A DNA stretch of 25,815 nucleotides, from NCBI GenBank assembly GCA_007128675.1, contig SKWY01000161.1:1-25815 (forward strand), read 5' to 3'. Numbering within the stretch: position 1 is the first letter of the stretch; each line of letters begins with the position of its first letter. The translations under genes were made by a program, and so were the position numbers. The DNA comes from Deltaproteobacteria bacterium (GTDB lineage Bacteria; Myxococcota; Myxococcia; SLRQ01). Below are positions 1 through 7,848 of this stretch, one piece after another. The notes beneath the pieces were generated by a model. That model had not been told where the DNA came from. It did no database searches and saw only the letters and a program-made list of their open reading frames with translations.

Positions 1-1413
1 AACCTCTCCAGAACCCGCCATCGCCTTGGCGCGCGCGGCGAGGTTCACCGGCTCTCCATACACGTCGGCCCCGAATAAACGAACTTCTCCGGAAGATGCA
101 CCTACTCGAAGTCGCACGGCGAGGTCCTCGGCGGCCTCTCGAGTGTACCGCGCGGCACGGTCCTGCATTGCCGCCGCCGCTTTCATTGCCGAGGTCGGAG
201 AGGAGAAGGTGAAGAGCTGACTTTCCTGGATAGTCTTGACCTTCGTCCCGTCATGCTTCTTCGCGACGGGGACCGTCAAGGCCTCGAATATTGCCGCCAG
301 AGAGGCTTGGTCCTGGTATGAGAGCCGAGTCATCCTCTCCGCCAGATCCTCCATGGAGACGAAAACTACCGTCAGGTTGGCGGTGCGCATGCCCGCTGCT
401 GGCGGCTCCGAGGCATCCCTGCATTCGAGCCCGCTGCTCGTTTCTTCGGCCTCGCTCGAGGGAACCTCGGAAGATGAAGAGGGCTCGTCGGTCGAAGGGT
501 CACTTTCGGTCTCGGACGAGCCATGACCGGTTTCATCTTGGCTGCTCGCGAGGGACCAAGCCAGGGAGAGAGCGCCGGCCGCGGCCTCGGCGGTTGGGAA
601 CCGTTGTGAGGGACGTTTGGCGAGGAGCTGGTGTACCACCTTGGCGATCTCGCGCCCGGTCGGGGAGATCCGTTCGACCAGAGGAGGAGGATCCTCCTGT
701 GCATGCTGGGCGAGAACCTTCCTCGGAGTATCGCCCTTGAAAGGCAGTCGCCCCGAGAGCATCCGATACGCCAGCACTCCGAGCGAGTAGAGATCGCTTC
801 GAGCGTCGAGAGGTTGCCCCATGGCTTGCTCTGGTGAGACGTACTCCGGTGTGCCGACCACCATGCCGGCGGCCGTGAGGGGTGTCCTGTTGGAGTCTTC
901 CACGCCCATGAGCCGGGCGATCCCAAAGTCCACCACTTTGACGCGGCCCTTCGACGAGATGATCACATTGTCTGGCTTCAGATCCCTGTGAATGACTCCG
1001 AACTCATGGGCATGGCCAACGGCGGCGCAGATCTGGACGAGCACATCGACAGACTCTTCCAAGGGAAGCCCAACTCCCCCGGCGAGCATCAGCTCGAGGC
1101 TCTTACCTTCGACGAGGTCCATCACCAGAAATGGTCGATCCTGATGAGCTCCGTAGTCGAGAACTCTCACTATGCCGGGGTGATCCAGACGAGAGAGGAT
1201 CTTCGCTTCGTCCTCGAAGCGGCGTAGGACGACGGGGTCACTGACGCCGGCTCGTAGAACCTTCACCGCCACGGGGCGGTTCAAAGAGATTTGAACGCCT
1301 CGAAAGACCTCCCCCATCGCGCCATCACCGATGCGGGAGTCCAGGCGAAACCTCCCATCGAGGATAGCTCCCACGAGGTTCGTGCCGCCGCCCAATGGAG
1401 AGGAGGAGGTCAT
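1..1413 (-). CDS. Ser/Thr protein kinase fused to a C-terminal class III nucleotidyl cyclase homology domain (C2-like half-site). Partial: the 3' end runs off the window start.
   Basis: I reverse-translated this myself: the minus-strand frame with codon first bases at positions that are 0 mod 3 is open from ATG 1413-1411 down to position 1 (471 codons, no stop). It is absent from the ORF track only because it has no stop inside the window. Kinase motifs: Gly loop IGDGAMGEVF, VAVKVL Lys, HRDLKPDN (rc of 961-996), DFGIA, GTPEYVSPE. An acidic Ser-rich linker follows. The CHD shows FSSP, LRVGASSGEV and DVYGEPVNLAARA (rc of 1-120). Confidence 0.85.
   Translation of the reverse strand, partial: MTSSSPLGGGTNLVGAILDGRFRLDSRIGDGAMGEVFRGVQISLNRPVAVKVLRAGVSDPVVLRRFEDEAKILSRLDHPGIVRVLDYGAHQDRPFLVMDLVEGKSLELMLAGGVGLPLEESVDVLVQICAAVGHAHEFGVIHRDLKPDNVIISSKGRVKVVDFGIARLMGVEDSNRTPLTAAGMVVGTPEYVSPEQAMGQPLDARSDLYSLGVLAYRMLSGRLPFKGDTPRKVLAQHAQEDPPPLVERISPTGREIAKVVHQLLAKRPSQRFPTAEAAAGALSLAWSLASSQDETGHGSSETESDPSTDEPSSSSEVPSSEAEETSSGLECRDASEPPAAGMRTANLTVVFVSMEDLAERMTRLSYQDQASLAAIFEALTVPVAKKHDGTKVKTIQESQLFTFSSPTSAMKAAAAMQDRAARYTREAAEDLAVRLRVGASSGEVRLFGADVYGEPVNLAARAKAMAGSGEV
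558..1374 (-). other. Protein kinase catalytic domain within CDS 1..1413 (approximate bounds)
   Basis: Gly-rich loop through the APE motif, located by my own translation. All canonical catalytic residues (VAVK Lys, αC Glu, HRD, DFG) are present. Confidence 0.75.
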
Positions 1414-2771
1414 TCCTCGTGGTCTCCCTGCTCCAGGGCCGCTATTGCTCTTCGGGCCGCGCCTCGGAAGTCACAGCGAAGCCGGCCCAATCCCAGGGGA
1501 CCACGGGAACGAGAGGCCTCGGCCTCGAGGGCCTTCTCAAGTGCCGGGATGACGTCTTTCTGGCCCGTCAGGGCAAGGGTGTTCGCCGCAGCTCGGCGAA
1601 CGGGACAGCTGTCGTCCTCGAGAGCCTTCACCATTTGTTTCTTGATGGTTCGGTGTCCCGCATACGCGCCGGGCTCTGCGGATATTGCGCCGCGATAGGC
1701 GGCCGCGGCGTCGACGGGACGGTCCTTGCTCCATGCAAGATAGCCGCGCAGGTAGTGGACGTCCGCGTCGCGTTCAGGTCCTTCTTGCGAAAGCTCTTCG
1801 ATTGCTTCGATGGCCTCGGTGTAACGCGCCTCGTTCACGAGGGACTCGATGGATCCTATGGGATCCAACGTAAGGGGGCATTTGATTAGAAGCAGGGTGA
1901 GCGAACCCAAGAGTACCGCCAACAAGCCGCCGCATGCATAGAGGGTTGCTCGCCGGGGAAAGCCGCTGCCGGGTGATTCCAGAAGCTTGTCCTTGAGCTT
2001 CTTGCCGACCGCTTGTCCAACCGCCTCGATCTCTCCGGTGAGGCGGCGCCCATGGCCGCTCGTCGGCTCCGAGGAGCTCTTGACGTTGCGGTCTATCCAA
2101 TCCGCGTCGATGATGTCGAGCTGGGGGGGAGGAGGCAGGGTGCGATTGCCATACGGCGGGCCATCGGCGGCATGAGTGACGCGAGCGGCGCGAAACAGCC
2201 TTACCGCCTCGGGAAGGCCAGGCGCTTGACGTAGGCCGATCTCCTCGGTTGGGGCCTCCTTCCTGTTCATGGCCAGGTAGACCGACTCCGCTATTACGAC
2301 CTCCGAGGCTTCGGCAAAGCCCTCGAGCGCGAGGGCGCTGGTTACGGCCTCGCCGATTAGCTCCTTGTTGCTGACCTGGAGCTCTCCCAAGGTGAGCACG
2401 GCGCGGACCTCTATACGCTGGGTCGAAGGAACCTGGCTATTGTAGGCCCATAGACGGTCCTGTATCGCCATGGCGGAGCGGACGGCGTCTGTCGGAGAGG
2501 CAAAGGTAACGAGCCAGGCGTCTCCGATATCCTTCCTGCGGATGCCTCCGAAGAGCTTGACCACGGGTCCGAGAAGGGCCTCGTGGCGAGCGAGCCAACG
2601 GGCGCTCTCCTCTCTGCTTTGAGATGCCGTGCGCTCGGTAAAGCCCTTGATGTCCGTCAAGAGGACGGTCAGGTTCTCCGTGCGAAAGCTCGTCCGAAAA
2701 ATGCCGCTCATACCCTCGTTGCCTAGCCAGCGGAGATAGCCGCTTACTCGTGCGTCCCGGTACTCCGCCAA
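1410..2771 (-). CDS. Class III adenylyl/guanylyl cyclase homology domain protein (C1-like half-site) with a hydrophobic/TM segment and C-terminal HEAT/PBS-lyase-like repeats
   Basis: 453-aa ORF. The CHD shows LTVLLTDIKGFT (metal Asp), GGIRRKDIGDAWLVTF (Lys + second metal Asp) and RIEVRAVLTLGEL. The hydrophobic stretch is LYACGGLLAVLLGSLTLLLI. The C-terminus has HEAT-like repeats (RRAAANTLALTGQKDVIPALEKALE). The TGA stop at 1412-1410 overlaps the ATG of the downstream kinase gene (ATGA). The start is TTG 2771, which is the 5'-most possible because an in-frame TGA lies immediately upstream. An internal ATG at 2711 is an alternative start. Confidence 0.8.
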   Translation of the reverse strand: MAEYRDARVSGYLRWLGNEGMSGIFRTSFRTENLTVLLTDIKGFTERTASQSREESARWLARHEALLGPVVKLFGGIRRKDIGDAWLVTFASPTDAVRSAMAIQDRLWAYNSQVPSTQRIEVRAVLTLGELQVSNKELIGEAVTSALALEGFAEASEVVIAESVYLAMNRKEAPTEEIGLRQAPGLPEAVRLFRAARVTHAADGPPYGNRTLPPPPQLDIIDADWIDRNVKSSSEPTSGHGRRLTGEIEAVGQAVGKKLKDKLLESPGSGFPRRATLYACGGLLAVLLGSLTLLLIKCPLTLDPIGSIESLVNEARYTEAIEAIEELSQEGPERDADVHYLRGYLAWSKDRPVDAAAAYRGAISAEPGAYAGHRTIKKQMVKALEDDSCPVRRAAANTLALTGQKDVIPALEKALEAEASRSRGPLGLGRLRCDFRGAARRAIAALEQGDHEE

Positions 2772-2857
2772 TCATCATTATTCTCGACCAGCAATGGCCA
2801 AGATACTAGCGCTTGCCATCAGGGTCGAGATCCCGTTAGATCCCGGCTTCCAAATTC

Positions 2858-3646
2858 TTGGGGGTGGCCGTGTCAGGGTTCCTCGATCACTTCGTTGCAT
2901 TTCCGACGGTTATCTTCACCGTTCTGCTCGGCATTCTACTGCTCTACTGGCTTCTAGTGATCGTGGGAGCACTCGGTATGCCGTCGGTCGATATCGACTC
3001 TGGCCTTGATAGTGGGCTGGAGGGCATCGGAGACGGGATTGGCGGCGCGGAAGGATTCGACGGGATTGGCGAAGCGGCCGAAGGCGTCGGCGAAGGGGCG
3101 TCGGGCCTTCTTTCGGGTCTCTTTCACGCATCCAAACTGGGAACGGTCCCCGTCACCGTGGCCACGAGCCTTCTGGTTTTTTGGGTGTGGCTCTCCAGCA
3201 TGTTTGGCAGCATCCTCCTTCGTCCCTACTTGCCCGACTGGGGCGCGGCGACGTTGGGCCTTCTCGTTATTCTCCCGCTCTCCTTCATCACGGGTCTGAT
3301 TCTGACCTCCCTCGTAGTCAGGCCGCTTGGGCCGTTGTTCGTGGTTCACGCGGCTCCGAGCAGACGGCAACTCGCGGGGCGCATTTGCGAGGTGAGGAGC
3401 GGAAGCGTGACCTCGGATTTTGGCCAGGCCGAGCTGGCGGACGGCGGGGCGGGCCTGATTCTCTCGGTGCGTTGTGCGAAGGAGAACGACCTGAAGCGAG
3501 GAGATCTGGTGGTCATAGTCTCCTATGACGAAGAGAAGGACACGTACGACGTCGAGCCCGTCGACTGGCTCGAGCCGGGCGAGCGCGTAGGTCGCCATGA
3601 GGCTCAAAGGATTATCCAAGAGATGAGAAAGGCAGGAAGGCTCTAA
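2858..3646 (+). CDS. NfeD-like membrane protein (short NfeD/YuaF type) that partners with SPFH/flotillin
   Basis: The N-terminus has hydrophobic helices. A Gly/Asp/Glu-rich acidic loop follows. More TM helices come next. The C-terminal OB-fold pattern resembles YuaF/NfeD (GRICEVRSGSVTSDFGQAELADGGAGLILSVRCAKENDLKRGDLVVIVSYDEEKDTYDVEPV). The TAA stop overlaps the ATG of the flotillin gene (TAATG). The start is TTG 2858 per the ORF track. GTG at 2864 or 2870 are alternatives. Confidence 0.7.
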   Translation: MGVAVSGFLDHFVAFPTVIFTVLLGILLLYWLLVIVGALGMPSVDIDSGLDSGLEGIGDGIGGAEGFDGIGEAAEGVGEGASGLLSGLFHASKLGTVPVTVATSLLVFWVWLSSMFGSILLRPYLPDWGAATLGLLVILPLSFITGLILTSLVVRPLGPLFVVHAAPSRRQLAGRICEVRSGSVTSDFGQAELADGGAGLILSVRCAKENDLKRGDLVVIVSYDEEKDTYDVEPVDWLEPGERVGRHEAQRIIQEMRKAGRL

Positions 3647-5748
3647 TGTCCGAACAACTGAACTACACTATTCCAGAGGCCTGGTTGCTCGTTGGGACCG
3701 CGATTCTAATTGGCTTCTTCCTGCTCCTTGGCTTCGGCCTCATGGTGAAGGCCTTCTACCGGAAGGTAGACCAGGGCAGAGCCCTCATCATAAACAAGCT
3801 GACGGCAGAGCCCACGGTGACGTTCACGGGAGGCCTCGTCCTTCCGATCATCTATCGCGCGGAGTTGATGGACATCTCCTTGAAGACGATCGAGATCGAT
3901 CGTCGGGGCAAGGAGGGCCTGATCTGCCAGGACAACATTCGCGCGGACATCAAGGTGACGTTCTATGTTCGAGTGAACAAGACGAAGGAGGACGTCCTCA
4001 AGGTTGCGCAGGCGGTGGGGTGCGAGCGAGCTTCCGACCAGCGCACTTTGGAAGAACTCTTCGTAGCCAAGTTCTCCGAGGCTCTGAAGACGGTCGGCAA
4101 GCGTCTCGACTTCGAGGACCTCTACCAGAAGCGAGACGACTTCAAGGATGCGATAGTTCGGGTCATTGGACAGGATCTGAACGGGTATCTCCTCGAGGAC
4201 GCGGCCATCGACTATCTAGAGCAGACGCCGGTGGAGCTGCTCGATCCAAAGAACATCCTCGATGCCCAGGGCATCAGGAAGATAACGGAGCTGACGACTC
4301 GGCAGAACATCTTCACCAACGACTTCCGTCAGACAGAGCGTAAGGAGATAAAGCGGCAGGATGTGGAAGCCGAAAAGGCCGTCCTCGATCTAGAGCGTGA
4401 CGAGGCCGACGCGCGCGCCACGCAGGCCCGTGAGGTCGATACGATGCGTGCGAGGGAGGAGGCGGAGACCCGCAAGATTCAAGCGGAGGAGCAGGCTCGT
4501 TCGGAGTCGGCGAGAATCAAGGCCGCCGAGCAGGTAGCGATCGAGAACGAGAACAAGATGCGACAGATCGAGATTGCCGCCAAGAATCGGGAGCGCGCCG
4601 TGCTTGTCGAGGGCGAGAAGGTTGAACGTGATCGCGCTTTGGAGCAGGTCGCTCGCGAGCGGCAGGTCGATCTCGAGACGATAGAGAAGGACAAGGCGAT
4701 AGAGGTCGAGAAGAAGGAGATCGCCGATGTGGTGCGCGAGCGCGTGGCCGTCGAGAAGAAGGTCGCCGAGGAGGAGGAGAGAATCAAGGATGTTCGCGCC
4801 ATCGAGGAGGCCAGACGTATGAAGGCCGTGCAGATCACGACAGCCGAAGCGGAGGCCGAGGAGAAGCTGGTCAAGGACATAAAGGAGGCCGAGGCCGCCG
4901 AGGAGGCGGCGAAGTTCAGGGCCCGGGAGCGGCTCGTTCTGGCTGATGCCGAGCTAGAGGCATCGGAGAGGGAGGCACAGGCCAAGATTCGGCTAGCCGA
5001 AGGTGTTCAGGCCGAGAGAGCCGCGCCTGGTCTCGGGAACGTCAGGGTTCAGGAAGCGCAGGCCGTGGCAATAGAAAAGCAGGGCCGCGCCGAGGCGATG
5101 GTCGTTCAGGAAAAGGGTCTTGCCGAGGTGCGGGTCCGCGAGCAAGACGCCCAGGCAGTGGAGAAGCTCGGGAAGGCCGAGGCCGTCTCGATTCAGGCAA
5201 GATTGGAGGGAGAGTCGGCGGGTCTTGCGAAGAAGGCGGAGGCGATGAAGCTTCTGGACGACTCCACTCGTCACCACGAGGAGTTCCGGATCCGGTTGGA
5301 GCAAGAAAAGGAGGTCAAGCTCACGCACATAGAGGCGAGGCGGCAGATCGCCGAGCAGCAAGCCATCGCGATGCAGAAGGCCTTCCAGACAGCCAAGATC
5401 AACATAGTCGGCGGTGATGGAGACTTCTTCGACAGGTTCATCAACGCGGTGGGCGTGGGACAGTCGCTCGACGCGGCCATCGAGCAGTCGAGTACGCTGC
5501 AGACAGGGCTTGGCGACTATCTTACCGGTGACCGCAGCTTGCCGGAGGACCTGCGTGAGATCCTCTCCAACCCCGCCTTCTCGAGTCAGGCTCTCCAGAA
5601 CACCTCCGTATCGGCTTTTCTATTGCATTTGATGCGGCGAGCCGATGATGAGACGAAGGAAGAGATAGCTCAGCTGCTGAAGCAGGCGGAGAAGCTGAAG
5701 GCCACAGTCGAGCCGGCGAAGGGCGGCGGCACCAAGAAGTCGCAGTAG
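3646..5748 (+). CDS. Flotillin-like SPFH/band-7 protein (FloT/YqiK family)
   Basis: 700 aa. It has an N-terminal TM helix. The SPFH domain covers roughly aa 55-230. A long E/A/K/R coiled coil follows with flotillin EA repeats (KAEAVSIQARLEGESAGLAKKAEAMKLL). The C-terminal region (AFQTAKINIVGG...) resembles the FloT tail. Confidence 0.9.
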   Translation: MSEQLNYTIPEAWLLVGTAILIGFFLLLGFGLMVKAFYRKVDQGRALIINKLTAEPTVTFTGGLVLPIIYRAELMDISLKTIEIDRRGKEGLICQDNIRADIKVTFYVRVNKTKEDVLKVAQAVGCERASDQRTLEELFVAKFSEALKTVGKRLDFEDLYQKRDDFKDAIVRVIGQDLNGYLLEDAAIDYLEQTPVELLDPKNILDAQGIRKITELTTRQNIFTNDFRQTERKEIKRQDVEAEKAVLDLERDEADARATQAREVDTMRAREEAETRKIQAEEQARSESARIKAAEQVAIENENKMRQIEIAAKNRERAVLVEGEKVERDRALEQVARERQVDLETIEKDKAIEVEKKEIADVVRERVAVEKKVAEEEERIKDVRAIEEARRMKAVQITTAEAEAEEKLVKDIKEAEAAEEAAKFRARERLVLADAELEASEREAQAKIRLAEGVQAERAAPGLGNVRVQEAQAVAIEKQGRAEAMVVQEKGLAEVRVREQDAQAVEKLGKAEAVSIQARLEGESAGLAKKAEAMKLLDDSTRHHEEFRIRLEQEKEVKLTHIEARRQIAEQQAIAMQKAFQTAKINIVGGDGDFFDRFINAVGVGQSLDAAIEQSSTLQTGLGDYLTGDRSLPEDLREILSNPAFSSQALQNTSVSAFLLHLMRRADDETKEEIAQLLKQAEKLKATVEPAKGGGTKKSQ

Positions 5749-5760
5749 AGGGCTACGTCA

Positions 5761-7848
5761 ATGGCGGCCCCACAAGCCAAGGATACAGAGGCGCTCGACG
5801 AGGCGGCGCTCGAAGGCGGAAGCTACGAAGTCTTGCGCCAGCGCCTCCTCGAGCAGGCGCGGATTTTGGCGGAAAAAGCTGCTCGCCTGAACGAGCGACG
5901 TCAGGAGAGCTTTGGTGGAGTGGAGCTATCCATCATCGGCAACGAGCGCATCCGCACGGAGAACAACTGTGTGCCCCAGGACATGGTGCAGGTGCAGGGC
6001 ATGCTCCTGTTTGGCTACAACGTCTTCGTGGGGCTGCGCAAGGAGACGCGTGTCTCCGACGTCTTCGCATTGCACCGGTTCGAGCACGAAGAGGAAGGCT
6101 TCGACCTCTCCGCCGTGCCGCTAGAGGAGGCTCCTGCTAGTCTCTTGCGTCACGAAAGGTTCGTTCGAGAGTTCGAGGAACTCTACCGCTACTACTCGAG
6201 CACTCGCCTTTCGCTTCTTCGTCGCACCGAGTCCAGGCTGCTTGCCGTTTTTCGTGTCGGAGCCGGCGAGAAGGATGTGAGGGTCTTCAGGTGGGAACTC
6301 GATGGCGCTGGAGAAGCCACCTACATCGATAATCGAGGCGAGAGGGAGCACGTCTTCCCTAGATCTCACGACTTCGAGTGGATCGCCACTGGCAGGGAAG
6401 ACCAAGTCAGGGGCCCGCATCCACATGTATCCATCTTGGAGGAGGTCTTCGTCGAGGCGGTCGGTGGCGACCTGACAGTAAAGGTCGAGAACAACACCGA
6501 GGATGGACAGGGAATATACGCCGAGCCGGTGGACGAACCAAGCCAGGGACTGGACGACGGTCAGATCGAGTACGCCAAGGTCGGCAGCCTGATACTGATT
6601 CGGGTGTTGCCGTTTCGCGAGAGCGAATGGCGTCACCTCGTCTTCAATACTCGCACCAAGCAGGTAGCGCGCATAGATGCGATTGGCCAGGCCTGTGTCT
6701 CCTTGCCCGAGGATCAGGGGATCATCTTTCCGGGGGGCTACTACCTGCAGACCGGGGACTATCGCCTCTTCGATACGGACACGAGCGGTCTTCGCTTCAA
6801 GAGAGCTATTCGTTCTCCCAATGGCGAGGATGTTCTCTACGTCTTCCACCGGGACAGCGACGGGCATTTTCTCCTCTTTCCGTACAACATTGTGCGCCAG
6901 GAAGTTGCCAGCCACATCAACTGTCACGGTTACAGCCTCTTCGATGACGGCAAGATGGTCGTATTTCGGGCCGTGAGCGACGAGCCGACGCGGGTGCACC
7001 CCGTCCAGATATGGCAGACGCCTTTCAGCTCCGCCGAGCATGCCGCGGGGCACGCGGTCGATGCTTCCTTCCTAGGACGAATCGGCAACTCCGATCTGGT
7101 GAGGGGCGTCTCCGATTGCTTCACCATCTGCAGGATGGCGCGGTCGGAAGAGGCGGGCCGGGAGACCTACGAGGATTTGGTCGGCCAGGTTCAGCGGGTG
7201 ATCGATGCATACTACTGGCTGTCGGACTCCGAGGTGGAGGACATAGCCTCCAACCTCGCGGAGCTGAAGGCGACCTCCGAGCTGATATTGGACGAGTACG
7301 AAAAGGTCGTCGCGATGAGAGCCAGGGCAAAGGAGGCTCTCTTTACCGCACAGGAGAGAGCCCGGGCCTTGCTGCGAGAGATTCGCCCCGACACATGGGA
7401 GCGAGTCGACGACTTCTTGAAGGCCATGACGGGGCTGCGCACCGAGCGAGGCCACGTAATCACCGTCAAGGATGTTCGCTACGTGGACGTGGCCAGCCTT
7501 GATTCCCTGGAGGAGGAGATTGCCGCCGCTTTCGATGAGGTCAGCGAGGCTGCTGTCTCCTTCTTGCTGAACAAGGACGCATTCGCTTCGATGCGGGAGG
7601 ATCTGGACAGGCTCTCCAGCAGAATCGCCGAGGCGAGGGGCTCCGTGGAGCTGACCGAGCTATTCGAGCGTCTCGACGAGCTTGCCGATTGTCTCACGGT
7701 GCTCGGCGAGACGGTAGGTGGACTCGAGGTCGGCGATCCGACGGCGCGTACAGATTCTTCAAGACGTCTCGGAGGTCTTCTCTCTTCTGAACCGTGTTCG
7801 AGCAACGCTCGCAAACCGCCGCCAGGATCTGCTCGGGCGCGAGGGTAG
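5761..7848 (+). CDS. Large conserved hypothetical protein with an N-terminal coiled coil, a beta-rich middle and a C-terminal helical region. The last ~130 nt are probably not genuinely coding (see the frame transition with the next ORF).
   Basis: 695-aa ORF. A GAGGG SD lies 8 nt upstream of ATG 5761, which is 12 nt after the flotillin stop. GC3 is high through ~7720, then third-codon positions turn A/T-rich up to the stop at 7848. I recognise no domain. Confidence 0.55.
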   Translation: MAAPQAKDTEALDEAALEGGSYEVLRQRLLEQARILAEKAARLNERRQESFGGVELSIIGNERIRTENNCVPQDMVQVQGMLLFGYNVFVGLRKETRVSDVFALHRFEHEEEGFDLSAVPLEEAPASLLRHERFVREFEELYRYYSSTRLSLLRRTESRLLAVFRVGAGEKDVRVFRWELDGAGEATYIDNRGEREHVFPRSHDFEWIATGREDQVRGPHPHVSILEEVFVEAVGGDLTVKVENNTEDGQGIYAEPVDEPSQGLDDGQIEYAKVGSLILIRVLPFRESEWRHLVFNTRTKQVARIDAIGQACVSLPEDQGIIFPGGYYLQTGDYRLFDTDTSGLRFKRAIRSPNGEDVLYVFHRDSDGHFLLFPYNIVRQEVASHINCHGYSLFDDGKMVVFRAVSDEPTRVHPVQIWQTPFSSAEHAAGHAVDASFLGRIGNSDLVRGVSDCFTICRMARSEEAGRETYEDLVGQVQRVIDAYYWLSDSEVEDIASNLAELKATSELILDEYEKVVAMRARAKEALFTAQERARALLREIRPDTWERVDDFLKAMTGLRTERGHVITVKDVRYVDVASLDSLEEEIAAAFDEVSEAAVSFLLNKDAFASMREDLDRLSSRIAEARGSVELTELFERLDELADCLTVLGETVGGLEVGDPTARTDSSRRLGGLLSSEPCSSNARKPPPGSARARG

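Noticed and set aside
26-740. Plus-strand ORFs 26-220, 236-526, 291-740 (and 988-1227, 1291-1698) in the first 1.7 kb
   Set aside because: They lie antisense to the unambiguous kinase-cyclase gene, whose HRDLKPDN, DFG and APE motifs read perfectly on the minus strand. They show no recognisable motifs. They are Arg/Pro/Ser-rich, as expected for GC-rich shadow frames.
6121-7053. 310-aa antisense ORF inside the first giant gene; similarly 16948-17694 (248 aa, antisense to vWA), 19985-20959 (324 aa, antisense to recC), 24226-25536 (436 aa, antisense to recB) and 9401-9874
   Set aside because: The sense-strand genes have clear family signatures (vWA MIDAS, RecB helicase motifs, and others). The antisense products are Arg/Pro/Gly-rich with no motifs. 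Long open antisense frames are expected at this GC content.
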